DNA of 64,000 nt from Myxococcota bacterium. GTDB taxonomy: Bacteria; Myxococcota; UBA4151. Below the pieces are notes generated by a model. That model searched no databases. It saw nothing but the letters and a program-made list of their open reading frames with translations, and had not been told where the DNA came from. The DNA lies in contig JAYZBQ010000048.1 of NCBI GenBank assembly GCA_036338695.1, forward strand, positions 192,001 to 256,000, given 5' to 3'. Positions 37,778 through 46,601 of the stretch are shown one piece after another (within the stretch, counting starts at the first letter, position 1; each line of letters begins with the position of its first letter). The position numbers and the translations under genes are program-made.

Positions 37778-39483
37778 ACCTCGTCGAGTGGCGACCACTT
37801 CTTCGTCGGCTCGTTCCGCTCGAGCTCCAGCTCCAAGTCGCGACCGATCAGTCGGTCTTGAACCATGCTGCGCAGCTCGGCTAAGCCCTCGCCCGTCGTC
37901 GCGCTCACCCGCACCGAGTGTCCGCCGATGCGGCCAGCCGAGTGCCCGCTGGCGTCGCATTTGTTGCGAACGATCAGGCGCGGGATGGCGCCGCACCCGA
38001 TCGCTTCAAGCACGTCGTGAACCGCCGCAACACGTCGCTCCTCACCATCCTGTGCGTCGTCGATAACGTGAAGCAACAAGTCGGCGTCAGAGGCTTCCTC
38101 GAGCGTCGCTCGGAAGGCTTCGATGAGGTCTCGCGGCAGATCTCGAATAAACCCCACCGTATCCACCAGCACGACCTCTTTCTCAGCGGGCGCTAAATGA
38201 GCCGCCTCGGGGCGCACCAACCACTTGCGGTTGGTGGTATCAAGGGTCGCAAACAGCTGATCTTCAGCGAGCACATCGGCGCCGGTCAAGGCATTCAAAA
38301 GGGTCGACTTTCCAGCGTTTGTATAGCCGACCAAGGCCACCTTCCCGAGGCCACCACGCTGCCGCTGGCGCCGCTGAAGGTTGCGCTGTTTCTTGCGTTG
38401 ATCGAGCTCTTTTTGGAGCCTCGACAGGCGCTCCCTGGCGCGGCGCCGGCTCACCTCGATCGCGGACTCGCCTGGTCCCCGACCGCCGAGCCCACCCGCC
38501 AAGCGAGATAAGCCGCTGTGTCGCTCGATCAGGCGAGGTAGGCTGTACCGTAGCTGCGCCATCTCGACCTGTGTTTTAGCGACCGCCGAGGTGGCCCGGC
38601 GCGCAAAAATCTCTAAGATCAACTGCGTGCGATCGAGAATTTTCAGCTCGGTCTTCCGGCTCAAATTAAGGAGCTGGCGCGGGGTGATGTCGCGGTCAAA
38701 AATCATCCCTTCGGTGTCTTGGTCAAGGCACTCGAGGATCAAGTCCTCGAGCCGCCCCTTACCCAAGATGGTCTTTGGATCGATCCGGCGACGACGCTGA
38801 ATCGCTGTAAAGACGACCTCGACGCCTGCGGTCTTAGCGAGCTCAACGAGTTCTTCCATCCGCCGCTGGTCATCCTCTTTGCGGCCGGTGTGAACGCCAA
38901 CCAACGCCCACCGAGGTCCCGTGATCTCTTGCGCCCGCGTCTGCCGTGCGACCTCATGGTCGATGCGCTCAAGCTCTTTGGCGTAGTCGAGCTCGTTGAG
39001 ATGGCGCGTCGAAGCGTCTGTCCGCTCGACGCTGCGCACCGAGCCGTCCTGATGATACACCGGCAACGCCAGAACGGCGGCGCCTAGGCTGCCGTCACGG
39101 CGCGCCTCGATGTAGGCGAGGCCATCGAGACGAAGCCGGGTCAGGTCGGTCCTCAGGTCAGCCGGTAAAACCGGCGGAGCTTGCGTCGGCGGCGTCATCA
39201 CCACCAGCCTCAGACCGCGTGTTCGACCGACGCCGCCCCCTAAGCGACCCAGGTCCGGCATCCAAAGACGGCGCGCCTCACCGAGCATGATGTGCCGGAC
39301 GTGCCCGCGCCGATCGATGAGCACCCCCACGACGCGCCCGAGCTCACGAGCGACGTTTCCCATGTTCTTGCACAGACTGGGGCTAACGAAGCGATCCGGC
39401 TCCGTCACCCCTCGCTCGAGCCGCTGCAGTTGATTGAGCTGGGTCGGACGGACCTTCTCGAAATCACCGGTTAATTGTGCCAA
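37774..39483 (-). CDS. hflX: GTPase HflX, long form with an N-terminal extension
   Basis: DRTQLILEIF, GPGE, GYTNAGKS, FATLD, DTVGFI, NKCD. Confidence 0.95.
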   Translation of the reverse strand: MAQLTGDFEKVRPTQLNQLQRLERGVTEPDRFVSPSLCKNMGNVARELGRVVGVLIDRRGHVRHIMLGEARRLWMPDLGRLGGGVGRTRGLRLVVMTPPTQAPPVLPADLRTDLTRLRLDGLAYIEARRDGSLGAAVLALPVYHQDGSVRSVERTDASTRHLNELDYAKELERIDHEVARQTRAQEITGPRWALVGVHTGRKEDDQRRMEELVELAKTAGVEVVFTAIQRRRRIDPKTILGKGRLEDLILECLDQDTEGMIFDRDITPRQLLNLSRKTELKILDRTQLILEIFARRATSAVAKTQVEMAQLRYSLPRLIERHSGLSRLAGGLGGRGPGESAIEVSRRRARERLSRLQKELDQRKKQRNLQRRQRQRGGLGKVALVGYTNAGKSTLLNALTGADVLAEDQLFATLDTTNRKWLVRPEAAHLAPAEKEVVLVDTVGFIRDLPRDLIEAFRATLEEASDADLLLHVIDDAQDGEERRVAAVHDVLEAIGCGAIPRLIVRNKCDASGHSAGRIGGHSVRVSATTGEGLAELRSMVQDRLIGRDLELELERNEPTKKWSPLDEV

Positions 39484-39541
39484 GTGTACCCCACAAGCGT
39501 TCAGCGGCTAGCTGCTCATAGCAACTCCGCACACGAAAGGA

Positions 39542-41065
39542 ATGCCGATGCGCCTTTGTTTGTTCCCCTTCGCCTGCTTTGTGCTGGCCGTCCAGGCCCG
39601 TGCCGAGGTGACGTTGACCGTGTCCGACGCCACGGCGGAGTACAGCGACGACGCCTTCTTGGAGGCGCGCCTGATGAACGGTGATGTGGCGCTCAACAAC
39701 CAGATCATCTCGTTCTCGCTGGAGCGAGAGGACGCCGAAGGCAACTTCCGCCCCGTCGGCGCCTCCGATACCGCTCCAACCGACAGCAACGGCGTGGCGC
39801 GCGCCTCGATCCGCTTGGTTAACGGGATGACGGCGCAGACGACGCATGAGCTCAAACCCGACCGCACGGACGAAGAGCGCTTCGCCGCCTACTCAGCGGG
39901 TGACTACCGAATCGTAGCGCGCCGCCAAGGGGGTGACTTCAACATCGCCTACGGCACGCTCACGATCCGTCGCGAGCAAGCGGCGCTCACGGTCCTGCCC
40001 GTGACCACGGTGGCGGGGTTCTCGCCGACGCTCAAGATCACGCTCGAGGACAAGGGCGACAACACACGCGACTGGGACTTCGTGGACGGCGAAGCGGTCG
40101 AGAGCAATAAGGTCGGCATCCAAGGGCGCGTCGTGAGCGTCTGGATGGATCGCAACGGCGACCAACAGTTCTACAACTGTACGGCGGGTGGGCGCTGCGT
40201 CGACGGCCACTGCGTTCAATGTCAAACCGACGACGATTGCCCTGGCGCCGTGTGCGACCAGGGCTTGTGCGTGGCCGAGCTCGGCGCCAACCAGTGCAGC
40301 GCCGACGAGGACTGTGCGCCCTTCTTCGGGGTGCAGGGTCTGCACTGCCTTGAGGGCGTCTGCGTCGCCGAAGCTTGCGACTACCTCGGTGAAGCGACGA
40401 CGGACAACAAAGGTCAGGCGTTCATGAGCTTCTCAACGGCGCCCAACGAGTGGGGCGAGCCCACCGTGGGCTACCATCAACTGATGCTCCGAGCCGAGTT
40501 TTCGGGGGACGAATTCTACGCCGGTGGCGGCAGCAAGGGCGATCTTGAGATCGCCCCCGGTCCGCTCGATATGAGCCAGGTTCCGCTGACGATCACGCGC
40601 AACAACGAGCAGATCACCGAGGTGGGGACGACCGAAGCGGTCGCCCTTGAGGTGCGCGCCTACCTGAGCGACGGGCTCGGCAACCTGTATGGCTTTAATG
40701 ACAAACCCTACCTGATCGGCGAGGGTGACTGCGCAGGCTGCGCCGAGGACCTCTGCCAAGACGTCATGCATCCTCAGTGCTTGCTCGAGCTCAACCCGGC
40801 GGACCTCGTCTTTGAGGCGAGCTCCGGCATCTTCATCACCGAGACCGAGCGCAACGCCAGCGACGGCGCCTTCGTCCGTCAATGGCGGCCTACCTACAGC
40901 GACGACGAGCAGGTCGAGTTCCGCGTCTTGCTCGGCGAGCTCTCGAGCCAGCCCAAAACCATCCGCTTGTTCGACACGAGCGGATGTGGCTGCACCAGCG
41001 CCAACCCCGCGCCTTTCTTGTGGTGGATTGGGCTCTTTGCGCTGTGGCGGCGGAGACGCCGTTGA
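39542..41065 (+). CDS. Secreted Ig-like/Cys-rich protein with a MYXO-CTERM-type sorting signal
   Basis: Signal peptide ending ARA; C-terminus GCGCTS...WWIGLFALWRRRRR. Confidence 0.8.
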   Translation: MPMRLCLFPFACFVLAVQARAEVTLTVSDATAEYSDDAFLEARLMNGDVALNNQIISFSLEREDAEGNFRPVGASDTAPTDSNGVARASIRLVNGMTAQTTHELKPDRTDEERFAAYSAGDYRIVARRQGGDFNIAYGTLTIRREQAALTVLPVTTVAGFSPTLKITLEDKGDNTRDWDFVDGEAVESNKVGIQGRVVSVWMDRNGDQQFYNCTAGGRCVDGHCVQCQTDDDCPGAVCDQGLCVAELGANQCSADEDCAPFFGVQGLHCLEGVCVAEACDYLGEATTDNKGQAFMSFSTAPNEWGEPTVGYHQLMLRAEFSGDEFYAGGGSKGDLEIAPGPLDMSQVPLTITRNNEQITEVGTTEAVALEVRAYLSDGLGNLYGFNDKPYLIGEGDCAGCAEDLCQDVMHPQCLLELNPADLVFEASSGIFITETERNASDGAFVRQWRPTYSDDEQVEFRVLLGELSSQPKTIRLFDTSGCGCTSANPAPFLWWIGLFALWRRRRR

Positions 41066-42642
41066 GTGCGCCGCTGGCGCGGATCGCCGAGGCGATGAAC
41101 CAGCTCGCCACGCTCACGCCCGCTGACCAATACCAAGCGCTCGTCGAGTCCGAACACACAGCCGAGCTGGTGCGCGCCATGGCGCCGCAAGACCTCCACG
41201 CTATCGCGCTCGCGGTCGGGAAAGAGGAGGCGCACGAGCTGCTCCCTCACTGCAGCGGGGAGCAGCTGGTCGGCCTCACCGACCTGTCGGGCTGGCAGGG
41301 CTACCGCTTTGACCTGGTCGGGTTTGAAGACTGGCTCACCGCCATGTTTGAGGCGGGGCATGAGACCATCGCCACCTACCTCAAAACCGCTGACATCGAG
41401 CAGCTGCTGCTCTACATGAACCACCGCTTCCGAGTCCACGAGGCGGACGAAGAGGGGGACTTCCCCACCCTACCCAACGCCGTGCCCAACGAGGCGCTCT
41501 GGTACAGCCCGGATCGCAAGTTTTGCTTGGAGATCTTGGACTGGCTCAAAGACCACGACCGGCTCCCGAATGACCCCATCCGGCCGCTGCTCAAAACTCT
41601 TGAAGGCATGGACCCCTTTCGGCTCTCACGGGTGCTCGCTGCGCTGCGCTGGGAGCTGGCAACCCCGCTCGAAGAGGACTGTCTGCAGCTGCGAAACGCA
41701 CGCATGGAAGAGATGGGCTTTCCGCCGCTCGAAGAGGCGGTGGTGTTGTTCGCACGCGGGCAACCGCGCGCTATCCTGCACGCGGGCGCACGCCGTTTGC
41801 CTGCGGCTGAGCAGACGGCGCCTGCGCTCACCCTGAGGGTGCGACGTCGAAACGACCTGCTCGCCACCGGTTTAGCCGGCTTGAGCGACGCGCACCGAGG
41901 GCACGTCCTGCAAGAGCTTGCGTACGCAGCCAACCAGTTGATGGTCGCTCAAGGTGCGCCGGTCGGTGACCCTGAGGCCATCAAATCGACCTGGCTGACC
42001 TTACGCGCCACGGTCAGCTTGGCGCTCGAATTTGCGGTACGAGGGCGGTCCGAGGACGAGGCTGAAGCGCTCAGCTTGACCCCGGATGTTCTTCGGCAGC
42101 ACAGCGTTCAGGCGCTCTTTCGCGCCGGGTACAACCTGACCGTCCCGCTCCAAGATCTGGCGCGCCGGATCCGGCGCGACCCGCGCAGCGGCATCGAGCG
42201 CCGAGCCACCTGGCTCGCCGAGGAGACACAGCTCCTGGTCGACGGTCTCAGCCAGAACCAGCCGGTGCGGCTGACGACGGCGCATGAGCCGAGCCCCCTA
42301 GAGCGCCTGAGTGAGCTCCACGAGCTCGCCCTGCGGCTGCAGCAACAGCTCGACATCATGGCGGGCGTCTTTGAGGACCCAAATCAAGCGCACTTGATCC
42401 TGCGCCGCAGCTGCGAGGGCACCAATTGCAGCGATCACGAGCAGCTGAACTTAGTGACGCTGCAGCGCACCGCGCAGGTCAATGAACAGCTCACCGGCCA
42501 GGCTCACCTGCAGCCGATCGCGCTCAGCGCACTCGAGACCTTGCGCAAACAACTCAACGAGGCGCATCCTCTGACACCGTTGCTGCGAGAGGCGGCGTTG
42601 ACCCCTCACGCAGCGGCGCTGTGGATTGACCTGGAGAGCTGA
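41062..42642 (+). CDS. Conserved hypothetical protein (DUF6178-like)
   Basis: LEE....R..R.EEMGFPP.EEA motif; TTGA overlap with the upstream stop. Confidence 0.7.
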   Translation: MSAPLARIAEAMNQLATLTPADQYQALVESEHTAELVRAMAPQDLHAIALAVGKEEAHELLPHCSGEQLVGLTDLSGWQGYRFDLVGFEDWLTAMFEAGHETIATYLKTADIEQLLLYMNHRFRVHEADEEGDFPTLPNAVPNEALWYSPDRKFCLEILDWLKDHDRLPNDPIRPLLKTLEGMDPFRLSRVLAALRWELATPLEEDCLQLRNARMEEMGFPPLEEAVVLFARGQPRAILHAGARRLPAAEQTAPALTLRVRRRNDLLATGLAGLSDAHRGHVLQELAYAANQLMVAQGAPVGDPEAIKSTWLTLRATVSLALEFAVRGRSEDEAEALSLTPDVLRQHSVQALFRAGYNLTVPLQDLARRIRRDPRSGIERRATWLAEETQLLVDGLSQNQPVRLTTAHEPSPLERLSELHELALRLQQQLDIMAGVFEDPNQAHLILRRSCEGTNCSDHEQLNLVTLQRTAQVNEQLTGQAHLQPIALSALETLRKQLNEAHPLTPLLREAALTPHAAALWIDLES

Positions 42643-43806
42643 GTGATACGCGCGCAACTCGTCGAGCACCCCGAACATGGGATCCTGCGCCTCAGAGACG
42701 ACTACTATGCGCGCCAGCGCGCCCTCATCGGCGGGGTGATTTTGGCGGGCGCATTAATCCTCGGTCAGATTCTAGCGCAAAGGATCGGCGAGAACGTCTT
42801 CGCACAGCTGACGCAGATGGTGGTGAGCGCCGCCGGGCTCGCGTACGGCTTGATCTACGCGGCCTGGCCAAACAACCCACGCCAGACCTCGCTTGCGGTG
42901 GCCGGCGGCACCGGAGCGCTCTGCCTGCTCACGCTCGCTGGCGGGCTGCTGGTGATGGTGCTCATCAGCGTCATCGGGTTTCTCCCGAGCATCGCCGGTG
43001 GACTCCCGAGCATCGGCGGCGCGCTCTTGGGCGTCTTCTCGGTGCTGCTCGGCTCGGTCGTGGGCGCGCTGATGGTCGCGGGTGGGGTCCTGATCGTCTG
43101 CCTGGCTGGCTTCATCACGTTGCGCATCGCCGCTGGCGGTCAACTCGACGATGAGCTGATCAACGAGACGATCGACGCGGTCAAAGACAAGACGCTGTTT
43201 ATCCCGGCGGTCAGCTGGATCACCGTCGCGACGCTCCTCGCCATCGCCGCCGTCGCCATCTTATACCTTGGGACGACCCGCTTGTTCGCCGAGGCTTCAG
43301 CGAGCTCGGGGATGAGCGAGCTGGCGTCGGGGCTCGATTACCTCCTCGGCTTCAGCGACGTGGGCATTACGCTCGCCTCGGAGGGCTCGGCGAGCCTTTC
43401 CGATCTGTTGGCGGGCGTCCTCACCGCTGCAGCCGCTGCGCTCGCGCTCGGGGCGCTGCTGGCGCTCCCGCTTGCGGTCACCGCGCGCAGCTTGCTCATC
43501 TACATGCGCATCGGCGGCGCGGACTTCAGCGTAGCGCACGCAGCCTCGGTCCGAGCGCGCCCGCAGCGCACGATGGAGCCCGTCGTCGTCGCAGACGAAG
43601 AGATCGAAGACGAGCTGCCGCCGATCGCCGACGACGAAGAGAGCCTCGCCAACCTCGACCTGCGCGAAGCGATTCAGCGCCCTGAGGGCTGGGACCACGA
43701 GACAGGACACACGGCGCCCTCCGAGCCTGAGCCGCTGCAGATCGCAAGCACGGGGACAGAGGTTGAGCTCGAGCAACGCGGCGCCATCCCGCGCGTCGAC
43801 GAGTAG
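42643..43806 (+). CDS. Hypothetical multi-pass membrane protein with an acidic tail
   Basis: About 6 hydrophobic segments; abuts both neighbours. Confidence 0.7.
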   Translation: MIRAQLVEHPEHGILRLRDDYYARQRALIGGVILAGALILGQILAQRIGENVFAQLTQMVVSAAGLAYGLIYAAWPNNPRQTSLAVAGGTGALCLLTLAGGLLVMVLISVIGFLPSIAGGLPSIGGALLGVFSVLLGSVVGALMVAGGVLIVCLAGFITLRIAAGGQLDDELINETIDAVKDKTLFIPAVSWITVATLLAIAAVAILYLGTTRLFAEASASSGMSELASGLDYLLGFSDVGITLASEGSASLSDLLAGVLTAAAAALALGALLALPLAVTARSLLIYMRIGGADFSVAHAASVRARPQRTMEPVVVADEEIEDELPPIADDEESLANLDLREAIQRPEGWDHETGHTAPSEPEPLQIASTGTEVELEQRGAIPRVDE

Positions 43807-43815
43807 CGCTCGGCG

Positions 43816-44778
43816 ATGAACTTCGATGACCCCGCAGCTCAGGGCTCGGGCTGGTTTGGCTGCGAAGGGACGCAAGGGATCTACGCGCTGATCGAGGCGC
43901 CGTTTGACGCCACCAGCTCGCACCACCGGCGCGCCAGCGCCGGACCGAGCGCCATGCGCGCCGCCTCACACCAGGTGGAGCTCACGCTCATCGACGGGCG
44001 CTGCCCGATCGCCCATGGGCTCGTCTCGACGCGGCTGGAGCTTGCGGAGCTTAACCAACTCGCCCTCGAGGCGATGAACCAGCTCCGCGCCGGTCAGGCG
44101 GATGCCGCCAGGCGGGTCGATGACGCGGCCAGCGCGCTCGCTTCGCAGCTCGAGGCGGCCGTCGATGCGCACTGGGCGCAAGGGCGCCAGGTCGTGATCG
44201 TCGGCGGAGACCACAGCGTAAGCTACGGCGCGCTCAAGGCAGCGCTGCAGCGCTCGCCCGAGCTCGGCATCTTGCACCTCGACGCACACGCCGACCTCCG
44301 CAGGGCGTACGAGGGCGTGACCTCATCGCATGCCTCGATCATGGATCGCGTCAAGACGCTCAGCCCGAGCACGCCGATCACACAGGTCGGCCTGCGCGAT
44401 CTCGGCAACGCCGAGCGGGCGCGTATCGCATCCGACGACTCCATCGTCGCCTTTTTCGATGAGGCGCTCGTCCACCAACAGTTCTTGGGCATGCCCTGGG
44501 CTGAGCAAGCGCGCGCCATCATCGCGACGCTCCCCGAGACGGTCTGGGTCTCGTTCGATGTCGACGCGCTCGACCCGAGCCTATGTCCGCACACGGGCAC
44601 GCCAGTCCCTGGTGGGCTGACCTACTACCAAGCGATCGATCTGCTCGACCGCGTCCAAAAGAGTGGCCGGACGCTTCTCGGCGTCGACTTAACGGAAGTC
44701 GCGGGAGACCCCTACGATGCGTTGATCGGTGCGCGGCTCGTCTACCGAGCGCTCGCGGCCTTCGAGTCAAAAAAATAA
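43816..44778 (+). CDS. speB: Agmatinase/ureohydrolase family protein
   Basis: GGDHS, DAHAD, SFDVDALDP, TGTPVPGG. Confidence 0.85.
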   Translation: MNFDDPAAQGSGWFGCEGTQGIYALIEAPFDATSSHHRRASAGPSAMRAASHQVELTLIDGRCPIAHGLVSTRLELAELNQLALEAMNQLRAGQADAARRVDDAASALASQLEAAVDAHWAQGRQVVIVGGDHSVSYGALKAALQRSPELGILHLDAHADLRRAYEGVTSSHASIMDRVKTLSPSTPITQVGLRDLGNAERARIASDDSIVAFFDEALVHQQFLGMPWAEQARAIIATLPETVWVSFDVDALDPSLCPHTGTPVPGGLTYYQAIDLLDRVQKSGRTLLGVDLTEVAGDPYDALIGARLVYRALAAFESKK

Positions 44779-44808
44779 AAGGGCGCATCGAAACCGATGC
44801 GCACCTTT
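44768..44808 (-). terminator. Probably bidirectional terminator between speB and rpsU
   Basis: AAAGG-GCGCATCG-aaac-CGATGCGC-a-CCTTT; an A-tract on the left gives a U-tail on the minus strand. Confidence 0.75.
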
Positions 44809-44830
44809 CGAGTGAAACGTTGCGCCCGAC

Positions 44831-45061
44831 TTAGCGTCGGAAGGTACGCGAACGCTTGCCCTTGCCCTGTTTGGCTTTCTTGATCGCCTTGAAACGGCGG
44901 CGTTGTGCCTCACGTTCCTTTTTACGGCGCTGCTCGCCCGGCTTGAGGTAGTACTCACGCTTGCGGACTTCCTTGCGGATCCCCGCCTGCTCTACCTTAC
45001 GGCGGAACTTACGAAGCGCCTTCTCAACCGGATCGCCATCCCTGACTTGAACAACGGTCAT
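44831..45061 (-). CDS. rpsU: 30S ribosomal protein bS21
   Basis: V.VRDG..VEKALRKFRRKVE..GI..EVRKREYY.KP. Confidence 0.93.
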   Translation of the reverse strand: MTVVQVRDGDPVEKALRKFRRKVEQAGIRKEVRKREYYLKPGEQRRKKEREAQRRRFKAIKKAKQGKGKRSRTFRR

Positions 45062-45228
45062 ATGCCGTCACCCCTTTCTGTTAGTACTCGCACGCCCAAG
45101 CATGCGGCGAGGCGGTCCCTACGGGGCCGAGCGCCCCGGCGCAAGCGAAAGCCGACGTTGTCTCGTCTAGGGGACCGTGTCAGACAGGGTGTGTAGAGTG
45201 ATCGAGCGAGGATCGAGGAGATCGAGCG

Positions 45229-46596
45229 ATGGCGCGCACCCAGAAGGTCGAGTACCACTGCACCGCCTGCGGACAGACACACACCAAATGGCACGGCAAA
45301 TGTCCGGCCTGCGGCGAATGGAACACCTTGGTCGAGCGCTCGGTCAGCAAGCCGACGCTCGAACGCCATGCGCGCCGAGTGGGTGCCCAACAGCACGCCA
45401 AGCGGGCGGTCCCCATCGCGCAGGTCGACCTGAGCGATGCGCAGCGTCACCCCGTCGGGCTGAGCGAGCTTGACCGCGTCCTCGGAGGCGGCGTCGTGCC
45501 CGGCTCATTGGTCCTCGTAGGGGGCGACCCCGGCATTGGAAAATCGACGCTGATGCTGCAAACCCTCGAGCTCCTCGCTCGCCAGGGCCAAACGACGCTC
45601 TACATCAGCGGCGAAGAGAGCGCCGCACAGACGCGGCTACGCGGCGAGCGCCTCGGCGTCGCGCACGAGGGCGTCTTGCTGCTTGCGGAGACCGACCTGA
45701 CCAAGGTCCTCGCTGAGGCGGACCGCGCCAAGCCCTCCACGCTGGTCCTCGACTCCATCCAGACGCTCTTTGCGCCCGAGGTCGACTCCGCCCCTGGCTC
45801 CATGGCGCAGCTACGCGAGGTCACGGCGCGCATCTTGATGTGGGCAAAGACCCAGGGTGTAGCGTGCTTTTTGATCGGACACGTCACCAAAGAGGGTCAA
45901 GTCGCTGGACCGCGTATGCTCGAGCATATGGTGGATACGGTGTTGTATTTCGAAGGCGAGGCAGGGGGGCTGCACCGCCTCCTGCGTGCTCGCAAAAACC
46001 GCTTTGGCTCCACCGATGAGATCGGCGTCTTCGCCATGACCGGCCGCGGCCTTGAGCCGATCTCCAACCCCAGCGAGATCTTTTTATCGCAGCGCCCCGA
46101 TGACGCCGCAGGCTCAGCCGTCATCCCGGCGCTGCAGGGGAGCCGACCGATCCTGCTTGAGGTCCAAGCGCTGGTCCACGGCGGGATGCCCTCGGGACGG
46201 CGCACAGCGCTCGGGCTGGACCGCAACCGCATCAACCTACTGACCGCGGTGCTCGAGCGGCGCGTCGGCTTAGCGTTTGCGGATCATGATCTGTACCTGT
46301 CGGTGGTCGGTGGCGCCCGCTTGAGCGAACCAGCGGCTGACCTTGCGCTCGCTGCGGCCATGGTGTCGAGCTTTCGCAACCTGCCGATCGAGCCCAAAAC
46401 GGTCTGCTTCGGAGAGATCGGTCTCGCCGGTGAGTTGCGCCCGGTACACGCCACCGAGAGCCGCCTCAAAGAAGCCGCCAAGCTCGGGTTCCACCACGCC
46501 GTCATCCCGCACGCCAGCGAGAAGCTGACGGTGGACGGGATGCGCATCACCCCATGCAAGAGCTTGAGCGACGCCCTCGATGCCCTGTTTGGCTAA
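45229..46596 (+). CDS. radA: DNA repair protein RadA/Sms
   Basis: C4 zinc finger, GDPGIGKST, KNRFG, Lon-like C-terminus. Confidence 0.97.
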   Translation: MARTQKVEYHCTACGQTHTKWHGKCPACGEWNTLVERSVSKPTLERHARRVGAQQHAKRAVPIAQVDLSDAQRHPVGLSELDRVLGGGVVPGSLVLVGGDPGIGKSTLMLQTLELLARQGQTTLYISGEESAAQTRLRGERLGVAHEGVLLLAETDLTKVLAEADRAKPSTLVLDSIQTLFAPEVDSAPGSMAQLREVTARILMWAKTQGVACFLIGHVTKEGQVAGPRMLEHMVDTVLYFEGEAGGLHRLLRARKNRFGSTDEIGVFAMTGRGLEPISNPSEIFLSQRPDDAAGSAVIPALQGSRPILLEVQALVHGGMPSGRRTALGLDRNRINLLTAVLERRVGLAFADHDLYLSVVGGARLSEPAADLALAAAMVSSFRNLPIEPKTVCFGEIGLAGELRPVHATESRLKEAAKLGFHHAVIPHASEKLTVDGMRITPCKSLSDALDALFG

Positions 46597-46601
46597 AGCC
46601 C

